A stretch of DNA of 63,061 bases, the filler included, from Hyphochytrium catenoides (Eukaryota; Protista; Hyphochytriomycota), in the NCBI GenBank assembly GCA_900088475.1. It is 7 parts of 7 records of this genome, joined end to end, with 100 filler letters (N's around TTAATTAATTAA, not from the genome) between each part and the next. Parts side by side here need not be neighbours in the genome. Positions count along the whole stretch, not along the records: positions 1 to 28,075 come from FLMG01000319.1; 6 more parts are not named here. One strand, 5' to 3'. The notes beneath the pieces are model-generated. The model worked only from the letters and a program-made list of their open reading frames with translations. It was not told the origin of the DNA and searched no databases. This document shows, in pieces, positions 1-11,388 of the stretch. Positions within the stretch are counted from its first letter, which is position 1. The number at the start of each line of letters is the position of its first letter. The position numbers were made by a program, and so were the translations under genes.

Positions 1-2234
1 GTTGGGTCTGAGGAGAGGGCACAAGACGAAGCATCGCATCGACAGCATCCAGACGAGAGAGGAGAGAAGAAGCATACGAAGAGACGAAGTGGTCAGAGCC
101 AATGGGAACACCTAATAGTTCCACACCATCCAGACTGACTAGGCGAGAGACCGCCGCAGGGAAAAGCGGAAGACGCGCCGGGTCTATATTAGGCCACCAT
201 AGTTCGCACTTGCCAAGGTTCAGCTCCAAGCCAATGTATGGGCTACGTTCTTGAAAAATTGCAAAGGCCGCGGCGACGTCCTCGACCGAGCCAATAAGAG
301 TGCCATCATCAAGATACCATGCATGAAGGTCCAGAGAAGGAACAGACGCAGCAATATCAGTAACAACGATGGGATGGAGAGCTAAAGCGAGAGCAAAGGA
401 CCGAGAGGGTCGCCTTGCTGGACACCACAGGAGCTGGCAAGCAGATCAGAGCCGTGAAACAGATGGGATGGGGTAGTACAGTAGGAGACCCAAGGGAGAA
501 GAGAGGGAAAGTGCTCACTGACGCCCTCCAAGATGGCCGGACGGTGTACCGAGTTAAAAGCATTCTTAAAGTCAACCTTCAACATGACCTTATCCTCGTT
601 GTCACCAAGCTCAGCGACGACTTTGCGGACAGCATGAATGATACCTTCTACGCCGGCAGGGACCGCAACGCCCACCTGGAGGGGAGAGAAGAGGGACAAA
701 GCATGAGACTTCACCATGTCACAGCAGCACTTCGCCACCAATCGCCGAAGAGTTTCGCCGACGGCGATGGGGCGAAGGCCGCCATCCTTCTTGGTCAAAC
801 CAAACAGTGGAGCACCAGCGAGAAAGGGAGAAAGATCCGGGGGTGCCAGGCCCTGGGCCAGGAGCGATGTCAGTGCTGAAAGAGAAAGGCAAAGGGCTTC
901 GCGAACGCCGGGAGAAGGTGTGAAGAGACAGAGATCTTTCAGATGCTGGGGCCGCAGCTGACTGGCGCCAGCGGCGGAGCCAGGAGGGAAGGAAGAGAGC
1001 CTAGCGGTCATTGAAGAGGGAGAGAAAGCGTCATCGTGGAGAGGTAGGAAAGCGGCGGGGGAGAGAGGAGGATTAACAGGGAGGGAATGGCGGCACCCAC
1101 GGGGTGCTTGGCCCGGAGGATAGAGAGAGTTTCCTCCGAGGGAGTGGCGATGCCATCTGATACTAGGGCAGCAACAGCTTTTGCAAACAAGCCATCTTCA
1201 GCTAATTTGGAAGCGCGTCGGACCTTTGCTTGGGTGGAGGAGTCCTCGGTGGAGGAAGGGACACTAGCTGACCGAGGTGAGGGCAGTGAAGGTGCATGGG
1301 ATGCGGTCATAGCTTCGCTCCAGAGGGCCCAGTAATCACTGGCTCGCCATCGACCGAGACGGTCTAAGATTAGCTGAGACAAGCTGGTGTTTCTAGCCCG
1401 CCGACGCTTGGAGCCCCCAGGGGCAGGGCGGGACCAGCGGAGAACTGCCTTACGAAGGAGAAGGAGGAGGGACCATGAAATGATGGAATTCTGAGAAACA
1501 CAGCTTTTCATCAGAGAACCAAAGCAGACAGCACAATCATTAAGGATAGAGGAGGGGATCTTGCGGATGGATCTGCATGGGAGCTGGCAGATGTCCATAA
1601 GAGAAGAAGGAAGGCGAGGTTCGGGCGGCAGGGAGAGGTCAGGGAAGGAGTAGGAAGAAGGACCGGGGAGAGAAGCATCAGATGGGGAAGAGGAATAGGA
1701 GGAGTCTGCGGCCAGAGGCACAGGAGAGAGCACGGAGAGGTTAGGCAGAGGTGACTGAGGGAGAGGAGAGAAAGAGGTGGTAGGGATGCCAGCCGTTGAA
1801 GGAAGAGGAGGCCTGGGTCCCCGGCAGCGGGCGAAATGACCACGGTTTTCATGGGCCCGACTAATAGTCCTGCACGTCAGGATATGCCCACAGCCACGCG
1901 GGCAGAACTGACGGCCATGTTGAGACAGGAAGGACAGGAGAGCAGGGTCAGAGGATTCAGAACGATGAACGTTCTGTAGGTGCTGGGAAACGTTGGACTG
2001 GCTAAGACGGTGGGCGCAACTGGGAAGAGGACAGAGGGGGGGATCAGAAGGGAGGGAGAGCGAGAGAGGAGGCGCAGGCCTCAGCCCAGACGAGGCAGGC
2101 TCGGAACTGCGATCACCTAACAATTGGCATGAGCGCTAGGAAGGTCGGCATCGTTTGAAGCAGGAGCAGCGGCGGTGGGAAGGGAAGCAGTAGAAGAAGA
2201 CTGAGCGGGTAGGGTAGGAGGAAACTGAGGGGGA
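1..2234 (-). mobile_element. CRE/SLACS-like non-LTR retrotransposon ORF (C2H2 zinc fingers + reverse transcriptase), frameshifted; runs off the window start and into an N gap
   Basis: RT motifs in order: GSAAGASQLRPQHL, KKDGGLRPIAVGETLRRLVAK, LQVGVAVPAGVEGIIH, KVDFKNAFNSVHR, GVQQGDPLGPLL. After a 1-nt shift near 388 the frame continues ALALHP...LHAWYLDDGTLIG (YLDD near 302-319) and GLELNLGKCELW. Upstream CPLPSC-x11-HLQNVH and CPRGC...H fingers. Frameshifts near 2125, 1085 and 388. Confidence 0.93.
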
Positions 2235-4639
2235 NNNNNNNNNNNNNNNNNNNNNNNNNNNNNNNNNNNNNNNNNNNNNNNNNNNNNNNNNNNNNNNNNN
2301 NNNNNNNNNNNNNNNNNNNNNNNNNNNNNNNNNNNTATCCAATAAAAGCCCTTCCAAAGTTTGTCAAAAAGGAAAACGAGCTGCAGGGTGGGGCCAAGCG
2401 AGCTCTCTCAAGAAGATTTGCGGCAGAAGCAGATAGAGCGCTTGCGGCAGGAGCAGAGCACTTGCTATCGGTGTCCACCACAGCCTTAACTTTAGCATAT
2501 TCACTTGCTATCGGTGTCGCACGACGGCTTGAGTACAGCAAGCACGCTGAGATTTTGCAGGCTGGTGCCTTCATGATTCGAATGATGAAGCAACAACAGC
2601 AGTAAATCCAAGTGATCATGACAATCGGCAAACAACATCACCTGCAATCTTGACTTTCGATGGTTCAAATTCCTATTAGATAGATACCTTTCTTCTCACC
2701 TCTGCTTCCATCATATGCAATGCACCACGCACATGATGGGAGCGCACATTTTTCCATGTTTGCCTTTCTGTTTGCAAGGCTTGGTTTGCTGATTCAAAGG
2801 TTTGCAATGGAAAGGGGAGCAGGAAAAAGGGTGGGCGAGCAAGGGCTGGGCGCAAAAAAATGTGCGCCTTTTGCCTCTTGGTCCCCGGCGTACCGCACTT
2901 CCGTCGCGAGTTAGGGTTATTCGGGCTAAAGGCATGCCCTTTAAAGCGTTGGAGAGGTACTCTCTGTCCATTTTTTGCAGGACAAGAGTTGTAAGACAAG
3001 CACAGATAGACAAGAACTCAAGATACAATATTCTCCTGGGTCGGTCTCGATTTGGCTGTGCAATAGAACGCCTACCGGGGGAATGGAAGAGACTCCATAC
3101 CGACAAACCGTGCCCCAGTATCATTCGGAAAGGCAAGCTCGATGCCTCACATTAGCCTTATTTAACGGGAGCACTACTCAGGGGACGAATGTGATCATCT
3201 GTTTGTCTCTTCTATTAAACATGGTGAGCGGAGTAAGCTTAATGCCTGAATCGTGCCCCGGCTTGGCCCCAGCTACTAACCCCCCATTCCTCTCATCAGT
3301 ATTTTCTATAGACTGTGGGAGAAAAAAAAAGGTGGCTGTGAGGTGGGAAGAAGTGGATGGACGTGATCTCAGCAGTAGAAAAGCTTGCTTACATACTGTT
3401 GCCGCACTTAGGACAGTAAAACAGTTCTATCCATGTCCTTATTAATGTTTGTGTTACAATACAGAACGTTACTAAACCTTCTGGCCATATCGAAACTGAC
3501 TTCTAATTAGAAAGTAAACCCTTTCTGGAAGTGCGGTTAGGCTGACGGGCTGTTACGTATTCACTGTACAAGTAAAACAGTTCTAAGTAGTACGGAGTAG
3601 TATTTGTATTGCATCACCGCTAAAAAGCAAACGTTCAGGTGCGAATGCTGAAGCGGGGTGCTCTGAGGACTTTGGCGATGTACCTCTATCATTTTATGCA
3701 AGACACTTGGTGTAGTGCATCGGCGAGTGTATGACCAAGAGCTGCACTGTAGTCTATCCCCACAAGCAAAGCACATATCAGCTGAACGAAAGGCTAAGAA
3801 GCAGTCATAAGCTACAGTTAAGTAACGTTTGATGGGCTAAGATTACGCGAAGCCTACACTTTTCTCTAGGAGTCCTTCTGGCCCTTCAGCGTTTTTGGGA
3901 GTAATTTTTTATAAAAAAAACTTCTTTGCTTCTCTTCTCTTGCTTGTCTCGCAACGGCTGAGCTTGAAGGTGTTGACATGATGGTTGCTGGGGATGACAT
4001 GGTTGCTGATGAGGATATGGTTGCTGATGGTTCACCTCCTCCTCCTCCTTCTTCTCCGCTCATCATTACTGAGGAGGAAATCAACTATGACTCTTCTTTT
4101 ACTGATGATGAGCAGGGAGCAGGTTCGAGCTGAGATGATGGAAGAGCCTAAGGCTTCTTAGCTTTTCTTTTCTTCTTCTTCCTCTTCTTCTTTTTCTCTT
4201 TCTTCTTCTTCTAGGATTAGTCAGTTAGTAGCGCTAGTAGTAGCAATAAAAAATACTCTTTTTCTGGTGAGCATTTTTTTTCCTCAGAAATTTATAAAAA
4301 AAGTAGAGATGACTAGTAGACGACTGTTTATAAAGAAACCCTAAGAGATGCAGATATGTACCACGAAGATAAAGAGACAGAAAGAATAATTATAGAAGGC
4401 CCAGAAGGAAGAAAAGGAAAAAAGCGGCAAGCAGGAACATCATCCGGCCTGCGAAGGCCAGGCATTGGCCTGATTTTGTGGGGCCGCCAGCGACACGGGG
4501 AGTTCATCCTCCTCACCAATGATGCGAGAAAGGAAAAAGACTTGACTCTCCTCGCGACCCTACATCGGTAACTGGAGCAGCAGCAGCAGTCGCCAGAGAA
4601 AAAGAACGAGAGAAGAGAGCAGAAGAAGAGAGCGAAGAA

Positions 4640-4772
4640 GGAGAAGAAGAATGAAAGGCGGCAAGGAGAGGCGCTGAAGGCGGCAATCTGGAAACGACCA
4701 TACGGGCGGCCTCCTCGTGCAAAGCCAAAGACACTTGTCTAAATAAGCGATGACGAAAGAAGTGCACATCGC
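4640..4772 (+). repeat. Dispersed repeat copy A; copy B at about 25590-25752
   Basis: Core cctcgtgcaaagccaaagacacttgtctaaataagcgatg (4713-4752) versus cctcgtgcagcgccaaagacacttgtttataaatcaagcgatg (25688-25730); both are preceded by GA-rich tracts. Confidence 0.75.
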
Positions 4773-5333
4773 GTTCCAGGGCAACAGTCCGATCAGCCTG
4801 AGCAGCACAAATGGTGTAATAAATGCTGCAACGGTCGCAGAGCCCCCGCCAAAGGACTCTTAGACAAGAGGGAGCAAGTCGATCTGGTGAGCGTTACAGG
4901 CGGCCAAGTATTTGTGGCTCTTTTTAGAATAAGATATTTATAAATAAATCATCATGTTGCCATCCACCATCGTCAAAAGGAACTGAACTATGAGAACTGA
5001 TAGACAACCCAGGATCAGTCTAAGTGCTGTGGGTTCACAAGGTCTGCCGTTTGCGGCTAGAGATAGCAGTTACATAGCATCTGCTCTAATAACAAATAGG
5101 CTTTGGGTGATTCCTTCCTCTGACCAATCTGAGCTTTGGTGGCGAACAAAGCTTCTTCAGAAGAGGATCCGACCTCCCGTCGCATTATCACAGCTGCAGG
5201 TCGTCGACCACCGGGAAAAGAGCAGAGGAGCTGGAGCACCAAAGCCGCGCCATTCGCTGGATGCAGATAAGGAGTGGACAGCACCCGATATCCAAGGCTG
5301 ATTAGACAAACAAGGTGACCCTCACCATCAAGG

Positions 5334-6974
5334 ATGAGAGTGATCCGAGTCTTACCGTGCCTTGCCGATGTCGTCATCCTAGTTGCATTACCCTTTGCGC
5401 ATGCTCTGGGGCTTCTTTATCTAGAGAGCACCCTGATAACACACTTCAATCAGCCAGTGACTCCAGAGTTTGCAGCAAGTGTCTGCCCGATGAACACTGG
5501 CCCAATCATCACGTTTCCTCTTAGATCCTACGAGAGTTTCCTTTGTGTCATTATGTCCCCAAACATGAACCTCGGGCGCTTACTATACGAAACCATCATC
5601 TCAGAACCCGCTATTTATATGGGCGTGGTAGTCATACATCGCAGCATCTTCCCAGAGCAGAGCCGCCGACACCGAACCAAGATTCTGGGACTTTTCGTTT
5701 CTTGTCTAGCTCTTCGCTACGCCATCTACTTTCTGGGGATCTATCTCAATATCAGCGTGCTCACGAAAAGCGGTTTCTTCACCTTTGGGCTCCTATTCCA
5801 TGCAGTTCACCAAATATCCAACACTCTGCCTCAGAAGCAGTTTGCCATTCTAATGGCCGGACTCTCGATTACGCCGACCGCATGCATATCGGCCATGCTT
5901 GCCGTGATCCCCATGATCGCTACTGCCACACGGGCATTGTATGCCTCTAGATCTACATCGTGGTTGATACTCTATCCCCTGCTTTCAAGCTGCGTGTTGC
6001 CAATTTGGTTTGGATTCGTTACTTTCCTCAAGGAGCGGTGGCTGTTCTACGTAAACAAGAATGCTTTTGGAGTCGACCGAAGTGACATTCTCCTGTACAT
6101 GTTGACCGTAGCAACGCAGGTCCTGCAGCTCGCTTGGGATATGGCTCGCGGTCGCAACCAGGTGCTGCCTCTTGTTGCCCTGTCTACCTTTTACACGGCT
6201 TCCGTTAGTATCATGATTGGTTATTGGACAAGAAAACGACAAGAATGGAGCGTCATGGCGACGACTAATAACCAGGACACGATTCGCCAATCAGCACGTA
6301 CTGCTATACAGGTTGGGCCGACGTTGTCAGCCTCGAGTAGTGAGAGTAGCACTCTGATGATAGTTGGCCCTTCTCAGCAAGTTGTGTCTGACACATCACG
6401 AGCAGGCCCCGCACCGGCAGCAGCAGCCGAGCACCAACCTCGCGTACAGACGAAGTTCAGTATCCAGTACATTGCAGTTGTTGGTTTCGAGAAATCAAGA
6501 AGACTGCTGTCACTCAACCCTGGAGGTGACGAGAAGTTGTTACTTGACCTTAGGAGAATGGTTGTAACCGTGTTGATGACCGCAACTCTAGTTGCTAGTG
6601 GAGGCGTACTAGCCGTGCTAACCACGTTGGAGCTTTACCTCCCAGTATGGTTTCAGACTGACGAATCAGGTAACTGCGGAAGAGGAGTGGAACTTGAACA
6701 AGAACTAGAGCGGCGAAGACCCCCGGCTATCATTGCAGCCGCCTCGACGGGGGAATACGTAGTTCTCATGACAGTCGTCTGCACAGAGGTTACTCTATGG
6801 GTACTAGCAATGGAGCGATGGGTTGGCCTAGGGATCATCACATACTGGCGAGACTCTGCTCGCCGGCGCCTTTATGAAGCGATAGTGCTAGTAGCACTCT
6901 TCTATGGTCCATTATTCTATGACTGGGTTCTCATCTTTTTGTTGACGAGCTCCTCTTCCGACACTGTTTGCTAA
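5334..6974 (+). CDS. 546-aa intronless multi-pass membrane protein of unknown function
   Basis: Long open frame with about 10 hydrophobic segments and a Ser/Ala-rich loop; in-frame stop just upstream of the ATG. Confidence 0.75.
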   Translation: MRVIRVLPCLADVVILVALPFAHALGLLYLESTLITHFNQPVTPEFAASVCPMNTGPIITFPLRSYESFLCVIMSPNMNLGRLLYETIISEPAIYMGVVVIHRSIFPEQSRRHRTKILGLFVSCLALRYAIYFLGIYLNISVLTKSGFFTFGLLFHAVHQISNTLPQKQFAILMAGLSITPTACISAMLAVIPMIATATRALYASRSTSWLILYPLLSSCVLPIWFGFVTFLKERWLFYVNKNAFGVDRSDILLYMLTVATQVLQLAWDMARGRNQVLPLVALSTFYTASVSIMIGYWTRKRQEWSVMATTNNQDTIRQSARTAIQVGPTLSASSSESSTLMIVGPSQQVVSDTSRAGPAPAAAAEHQPRVQTKFSIQYIAVVGFEKSRRLLSLNPGGDEKLLLDLRRMVVTVLMTATLVASGGVLAVLTTLELYLPVWFQTDESGNCGRGVELEQELERRRPPAIIAAASTGEYVVLMTVVCTEVTLWVLAMERWVGLGIITYWRDSARRRLYEAIVLVALFYGPLFYDWVLIFLLTSSSSDTVC

Positions 6975-7049
6975 GCTAGTGAAAGCGAAATAGCTTGCTA
7001 TTGCAAAACAGAGTTGACTGTCTCCGACTAAATCTGGTCTGGCGGAGCT

Positions 7050-8960
7050 CTAAGGGAGTCGGGTGGCGGTCGCCGCCGATTGGTATTTCCAGTTGTAGGA
7101 CTCACTTAGTAAGGCGTCAAAGCACTGCAGAGTCCTTTGTCAACCCCCACTCGTAGCAACCCTTGTGGCATCAGAAGATTCAATAGGTTAGGCCCATCGT
7201 GGCTACTCAGTATTATACATTACTGCCGCTACACACGTTTCCTAATATACTTACGAAGGTAGGTCGTCCAGAACCTCCTCGACTACTGACCACACATAGC
7301 ACCGAAACTCTCCGTCTAAAGCAAGTGAAGGATAACTGTTGAACAGCCAGTGAAGACTTCTCACATAGCCCGAAGATAAGGCTCGACTGACGGCATTCTT
7401 CAAGCACCACAGCTGCCTACAGCAACATTGACCCACACAGAGTACTTTGTTGGGAGGCGTTGTAAATGGAGAGTCAGAGACTGCAGCCAGGTTAGGACCT
7501 CTATATCTCCTAAGGCGAGAGAATCGAGGAGAACTCTGTCAATTGGAAGGCCACTAATTGTAATAATGCCGCTTGTCTCGTATACCCACTGTAGACTTTC
7601 CCAACTCCCACTTGCTGCCCGGATCGCTCTCAATCTCCAGATAACAGCAGCGTCCGCCAACATTCTTGCGGTGTAGCCAGTGCGCAGACTCCAGATGTTT
7701 GCCTTGCTTCGACAGGTGATTGTACCGTTGCAAAAGATCTTGTATTGTTGTTAATGGTAATTCTGATAACACGTTTTGAGGACGAGGATACTTTGCGTCT
7801 AGCAGACGCAGTCCTCCAAACGGTAGCGTCCACCTAAAGCAAAACAATTCTCCACAGTGTTTCATCAAACATAACATAACATGCTGAGGAAACTTGGCTT
7901 GTAACCATCCAAGCTCTTTGACCGAGTTCAGGACTTAAAGGTAATCAAAAGTCTTTTCTCTTGTGAAAGCCGGCCCGCGGCCTGTGAAGAACCCTATTCT
8001 CTTCTTGTTCGCATCTTCTAATCTCTAAGATATCGTCCACCACCACATAGTTCGGGATCGCTGGATCAGATTCGGAACTTTCGCTGTTAGCCACTCCAGT
8101 AGTTCTAACTCAATATCCTGATGAAGTCTGATAAGGTTAGTGATCCTTGGTCGAGCAGCCACTCCAGAGCCTCTACCGGGTGTGCGTTCAAGAGCAAGCT
8201 CATGATTGACTCCTTTCTGATGTTGAACTCTTTAAAAACCCACTCCATAGCGCTGACATTTTGACTATGCACTACATGCGTGGCTAATAGTTCAAGAGCA
8301 CGGCAGTCAACGTCATGCCCAAGATAAAGACCGAAAGTGTTGACAATCCGTTGTAGTTCTTCCATTCGCCCTTGCCCTGCGGCAGCACGCGCTAACCATT
8401 CGGTAGTAACACTGTCAAAGAGATCTGGCTGATGACAATAGTACAGCCACTGCAGTATAGAAGTTGGTGGTGTAGAAGAAGCACTCATCATGTGCCAACC
8501 AGCTGGAGAATGGGTCATCTTACAGCTCCTCTGTAACCCTGGATTTGCCAATGAAACGCTATGTGAGCTCTAGTTGTTCTTGTTCAAAGTGGTAGAGGCA
8601 ACTATCCGCTACCGATAAGGCTAACGAGGGAGGCAGGGAAGGGAATTTACAGATTTAAAGGCCTGAAAGCACAGCCCAACCTCTTGTACCCTCTTCAGCA
8701 GCATCATTCTCGATTCGCGTACGGCAGCTAGTTGCGCATGTAGCAGTCAGAAAACTCTTCTATCTCCTCTTGGCAGTTCCAACTACGGGTTTCAAGTCTG
8801 AAGTCAGCAGGCAACCATATCATCTATCAGTAGCATCGTCCTCGATTCGCCTAGGGCAGCTAGTAGCGCATGCAGCAGTGAAGACTCTTCTTCTATCTCC
8901 TCTTGGCGGTTCCAACTACGGGTTCCAAGTCTGCAGTCAGCACGCAACCACATAATCTAG
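7050..8960 (-). pseudogene. Decayed ankyrin-like helical-repeat gene
   Basis: Fragments in shifting frames: ARAAAGQGRMEELQRIV, SQNVSAMEWVFKEF, VEALEWLLDQG, ELLEWLT, AASGSWESLQWVYE, ALGDIEVLTWL. These match the AA.G.LE.L.WL degenerate ankyrin pattern. Many stops and frameshifts. Confidence 0.6.
8696..8959. repeat. Diverged two-copy tandem duplication, period about 132 bp
   Basis: cagcagcatcattctcgattcgc...tatctcctcttggcagttccaactacggg...gcaaccatatcatcta is repeated from 8828 as cagtagcatcgtcctcgattcgc...tatctcctcttggcggttccaactacggg...gcaaccacataatcta. Confidence 0.9.
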
Positions 8961-9125
8961 GGGGTGCCAAGCACATTCAAGCCCTGCTGAAGGAGCCTGA
9001 AAGTTACACCAAGCGTTATCCCTTTGTGCGAGACTTCGCAGACGTTGGTTGGTCAACGTTTGTTTAGGTTCCTGCCGGCTGGATGCACCTGTCACTAAAC
9101 CTCAATGCGTGCATCATCAATCATC

Positions 9126-9930
9126 CTATAATATGCGCAAGATTGACTTCCATGGCACGATGTAGGGGAACGGTGTCTTTGTTTTCAAATGATTATCTAC
9201 CAACGTTGTCACCTCTATGCGGCTTTGTATCAAAACACAGTCGTCAGGATGCCTGTAAGCAGAATAAATGATTCGTACCATCAACACCACCATCGTCATT
9301 CCACGGTTAAGCGCAAATCCAAGAAGCGGAAACCTGCATCGCGATACTTCTACGGCAGAGTAATCCAAACTTACTAAGCTGAAGAAGAGGTCGACGCGAT
9401 AATTACACATGTCACCGAAGCCTCGCAAGTACATCACGACAAGAATTGCGTAGAAGTTAGCGAAGTGAAAGAGAAGGGTTTTGCGAATACCCCTCCTGCC
9501 ACGGTTTGACAGGCTGTCATAAGACACGAAGAAGCATGACAAGATTCCCAAGAATATGCTGGATGCTGATCCAGCGTGAGGTATGGCATTGGGAGACCCG
9601 AAAGCCACCCACAGACATACGTTGTGCAGGCGGCTACGTACGAGCCTGTCCCCGTTAACATCTTCCAAGATACCACCACTTTGCTAAGGAGTCACCACAT
9701 AGCTCGGTCAGCAGGGTCGTCGTACGACTCTTCTCTAGGCTCAGATACGTCAGAGGTTCGGTTCGTGGGGTTACAATCACCTTGATGTTCCTTGTTGAGG
9801 CTGCCATCATGGGCATCACTTGAGATGATGAGGGAGGAGGCTGGAGACACTGGTGCCCTTTCAAAGTCATGGCTTGCGGCGCCTTCATCCTCTCTCGGTG
9901 CCTGTATTCCTTAGCGGACTGGTGCACTCA
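9126..9930 (-). pseudogene. Frameshifted multi-TM protein gene, paralog of 11389-12578
   Basis: Overlapping ORFs 9655-9927 and 9126-9668; hydrophobic C-terminus ending MVRIIYSAYRHPDDCVLIQSRIEV. Confidence 0.55.
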
Positions 9931-10388
9931 ATGCTCTTTATTGATAACTCCTGTTGTCGTCATCGCAATAACGCTTCTTTGCAACTTTCTTGAGCGTTCG
10001 TCGTAGTATATTTTTTCCGACGGCCGACAAGGCAAGACAATAAATGAGTTTAGAGTCGTCAGTCTTCCAACACTGGGAATAAAGTTGAGGCTACATTGCA
10101 AATGAAGGATGGGTTGTGATGAAGGGTGAAACTCAGCCGTCGGTGATCATGACGAGCGCCAAGCACTTCAAAAGCTTCCTTGAGCACACAATATCGTCAG
10201 ATCCCGAAAAAATGAAGATATCGGAGCCATCGTCGCCTCCCCAGGCTCAAGAAGGGTTCGAACGATCTCAGTATGTGACGTTTCTAGTGATCCCAGTGGG
10301 AAACTACCTCGGCCCATCATCTCAGGTCATCAGGACACCTTCTTAAGCAACCACCATACCTTCCCTTTGTGCGGCCGCCGCCTATCAA

Positions 10389-11340
10389 GTGGCGACTGGG
10401 CGACCAGCTATATTTGCAGTTGTTCGTAGGATGCGGCTTCCCCTAGTCCTTATCACCAGCGTAACCTTCGCATTGGGTTATGGAGAAACAGCTCCTTTCT
10501 CCAGTTGGCATCATCATTGTGGCCGGCGTTTTCTCCCTCCTCTCCTATATGGTATACTACTTTCTGTTATTAGTCATACCCGATTTCAGTTTTCCAATTG
10601 CATTGTTTCCAGAGTTCTGCGGCAGTTTGATATCTGGGTTCTCGATTTTACAAGGCTTGCCGGCCATCTTCGTGCTGGCTGTGTTGTTAAGTGTAGAGAC
10701 GGAAGACGAACCATTGAGAGAAAAAGACCTACCGCACATGCCATCTATCTATGCGTTGTCTACTAATATCAGTGGGACTCTTACAACATTGCTTGGACGT
10801 CAACTTGGTTGACAATTTTGCAATTCCTAGTAGCAACCCAAGACGCAGTTATTGAGATCTATGGTGGTCTCGTGTTTCTGTTGCCATCCTCTGCCTCTCT
10901 AGGTAAGCGGTCGTTGATGAGGCTGTGAAAATTATGTTCTGCCAATATCGTGTTTGACCGCTTCTTCCCACCCATTGACTTTCCAACTAAATATTCTCCC
11001 GTTGACTGACGTATCGTTCATCCGTGAACTCTTTTATCACGCATCACCTGCACTGCATGTTGTAGGCTTTGCTACATCCTCTGGTGGGATCCTTACACGG
11101 AGTTGCTGAAGAAGGAAACCACCATTTTGGGAACTATTCCTCTTCGGCCCTGGGTTCTTCTCGTCGCTGACAGGCATGTTATTACCTTATTTATTGATGA
11201 CTTCAAGATCCTTTTGAGATTGTCACCAAGTCCGAGAGGACTGTCAGCGGCAATAGCTCCATACTTATCAACATCAACTGGCCGCTTAGACTCTCTACTG
11301 GTGGCCCCATCAATCCCAATACTACTTCTGGACCCGAATC
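10389..11340 (+). pseudogene. Fragmented multi-TM gene, possible decayed relative of 5334-6974
   Basis: Consecutive hydrophobic ORF fragments in different frames. FPIALFPEFCGS...LPAIFVLAV weakly echoes FNQPVTPEFAAS...EPAIYMGVV of the 546-aa ORF. Confidence 0.35.
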
Positions 11341-11388
11341 ACCAGTGGAGACCATAAATGAGACAGGTTACATTCACAAGGAGGACAT

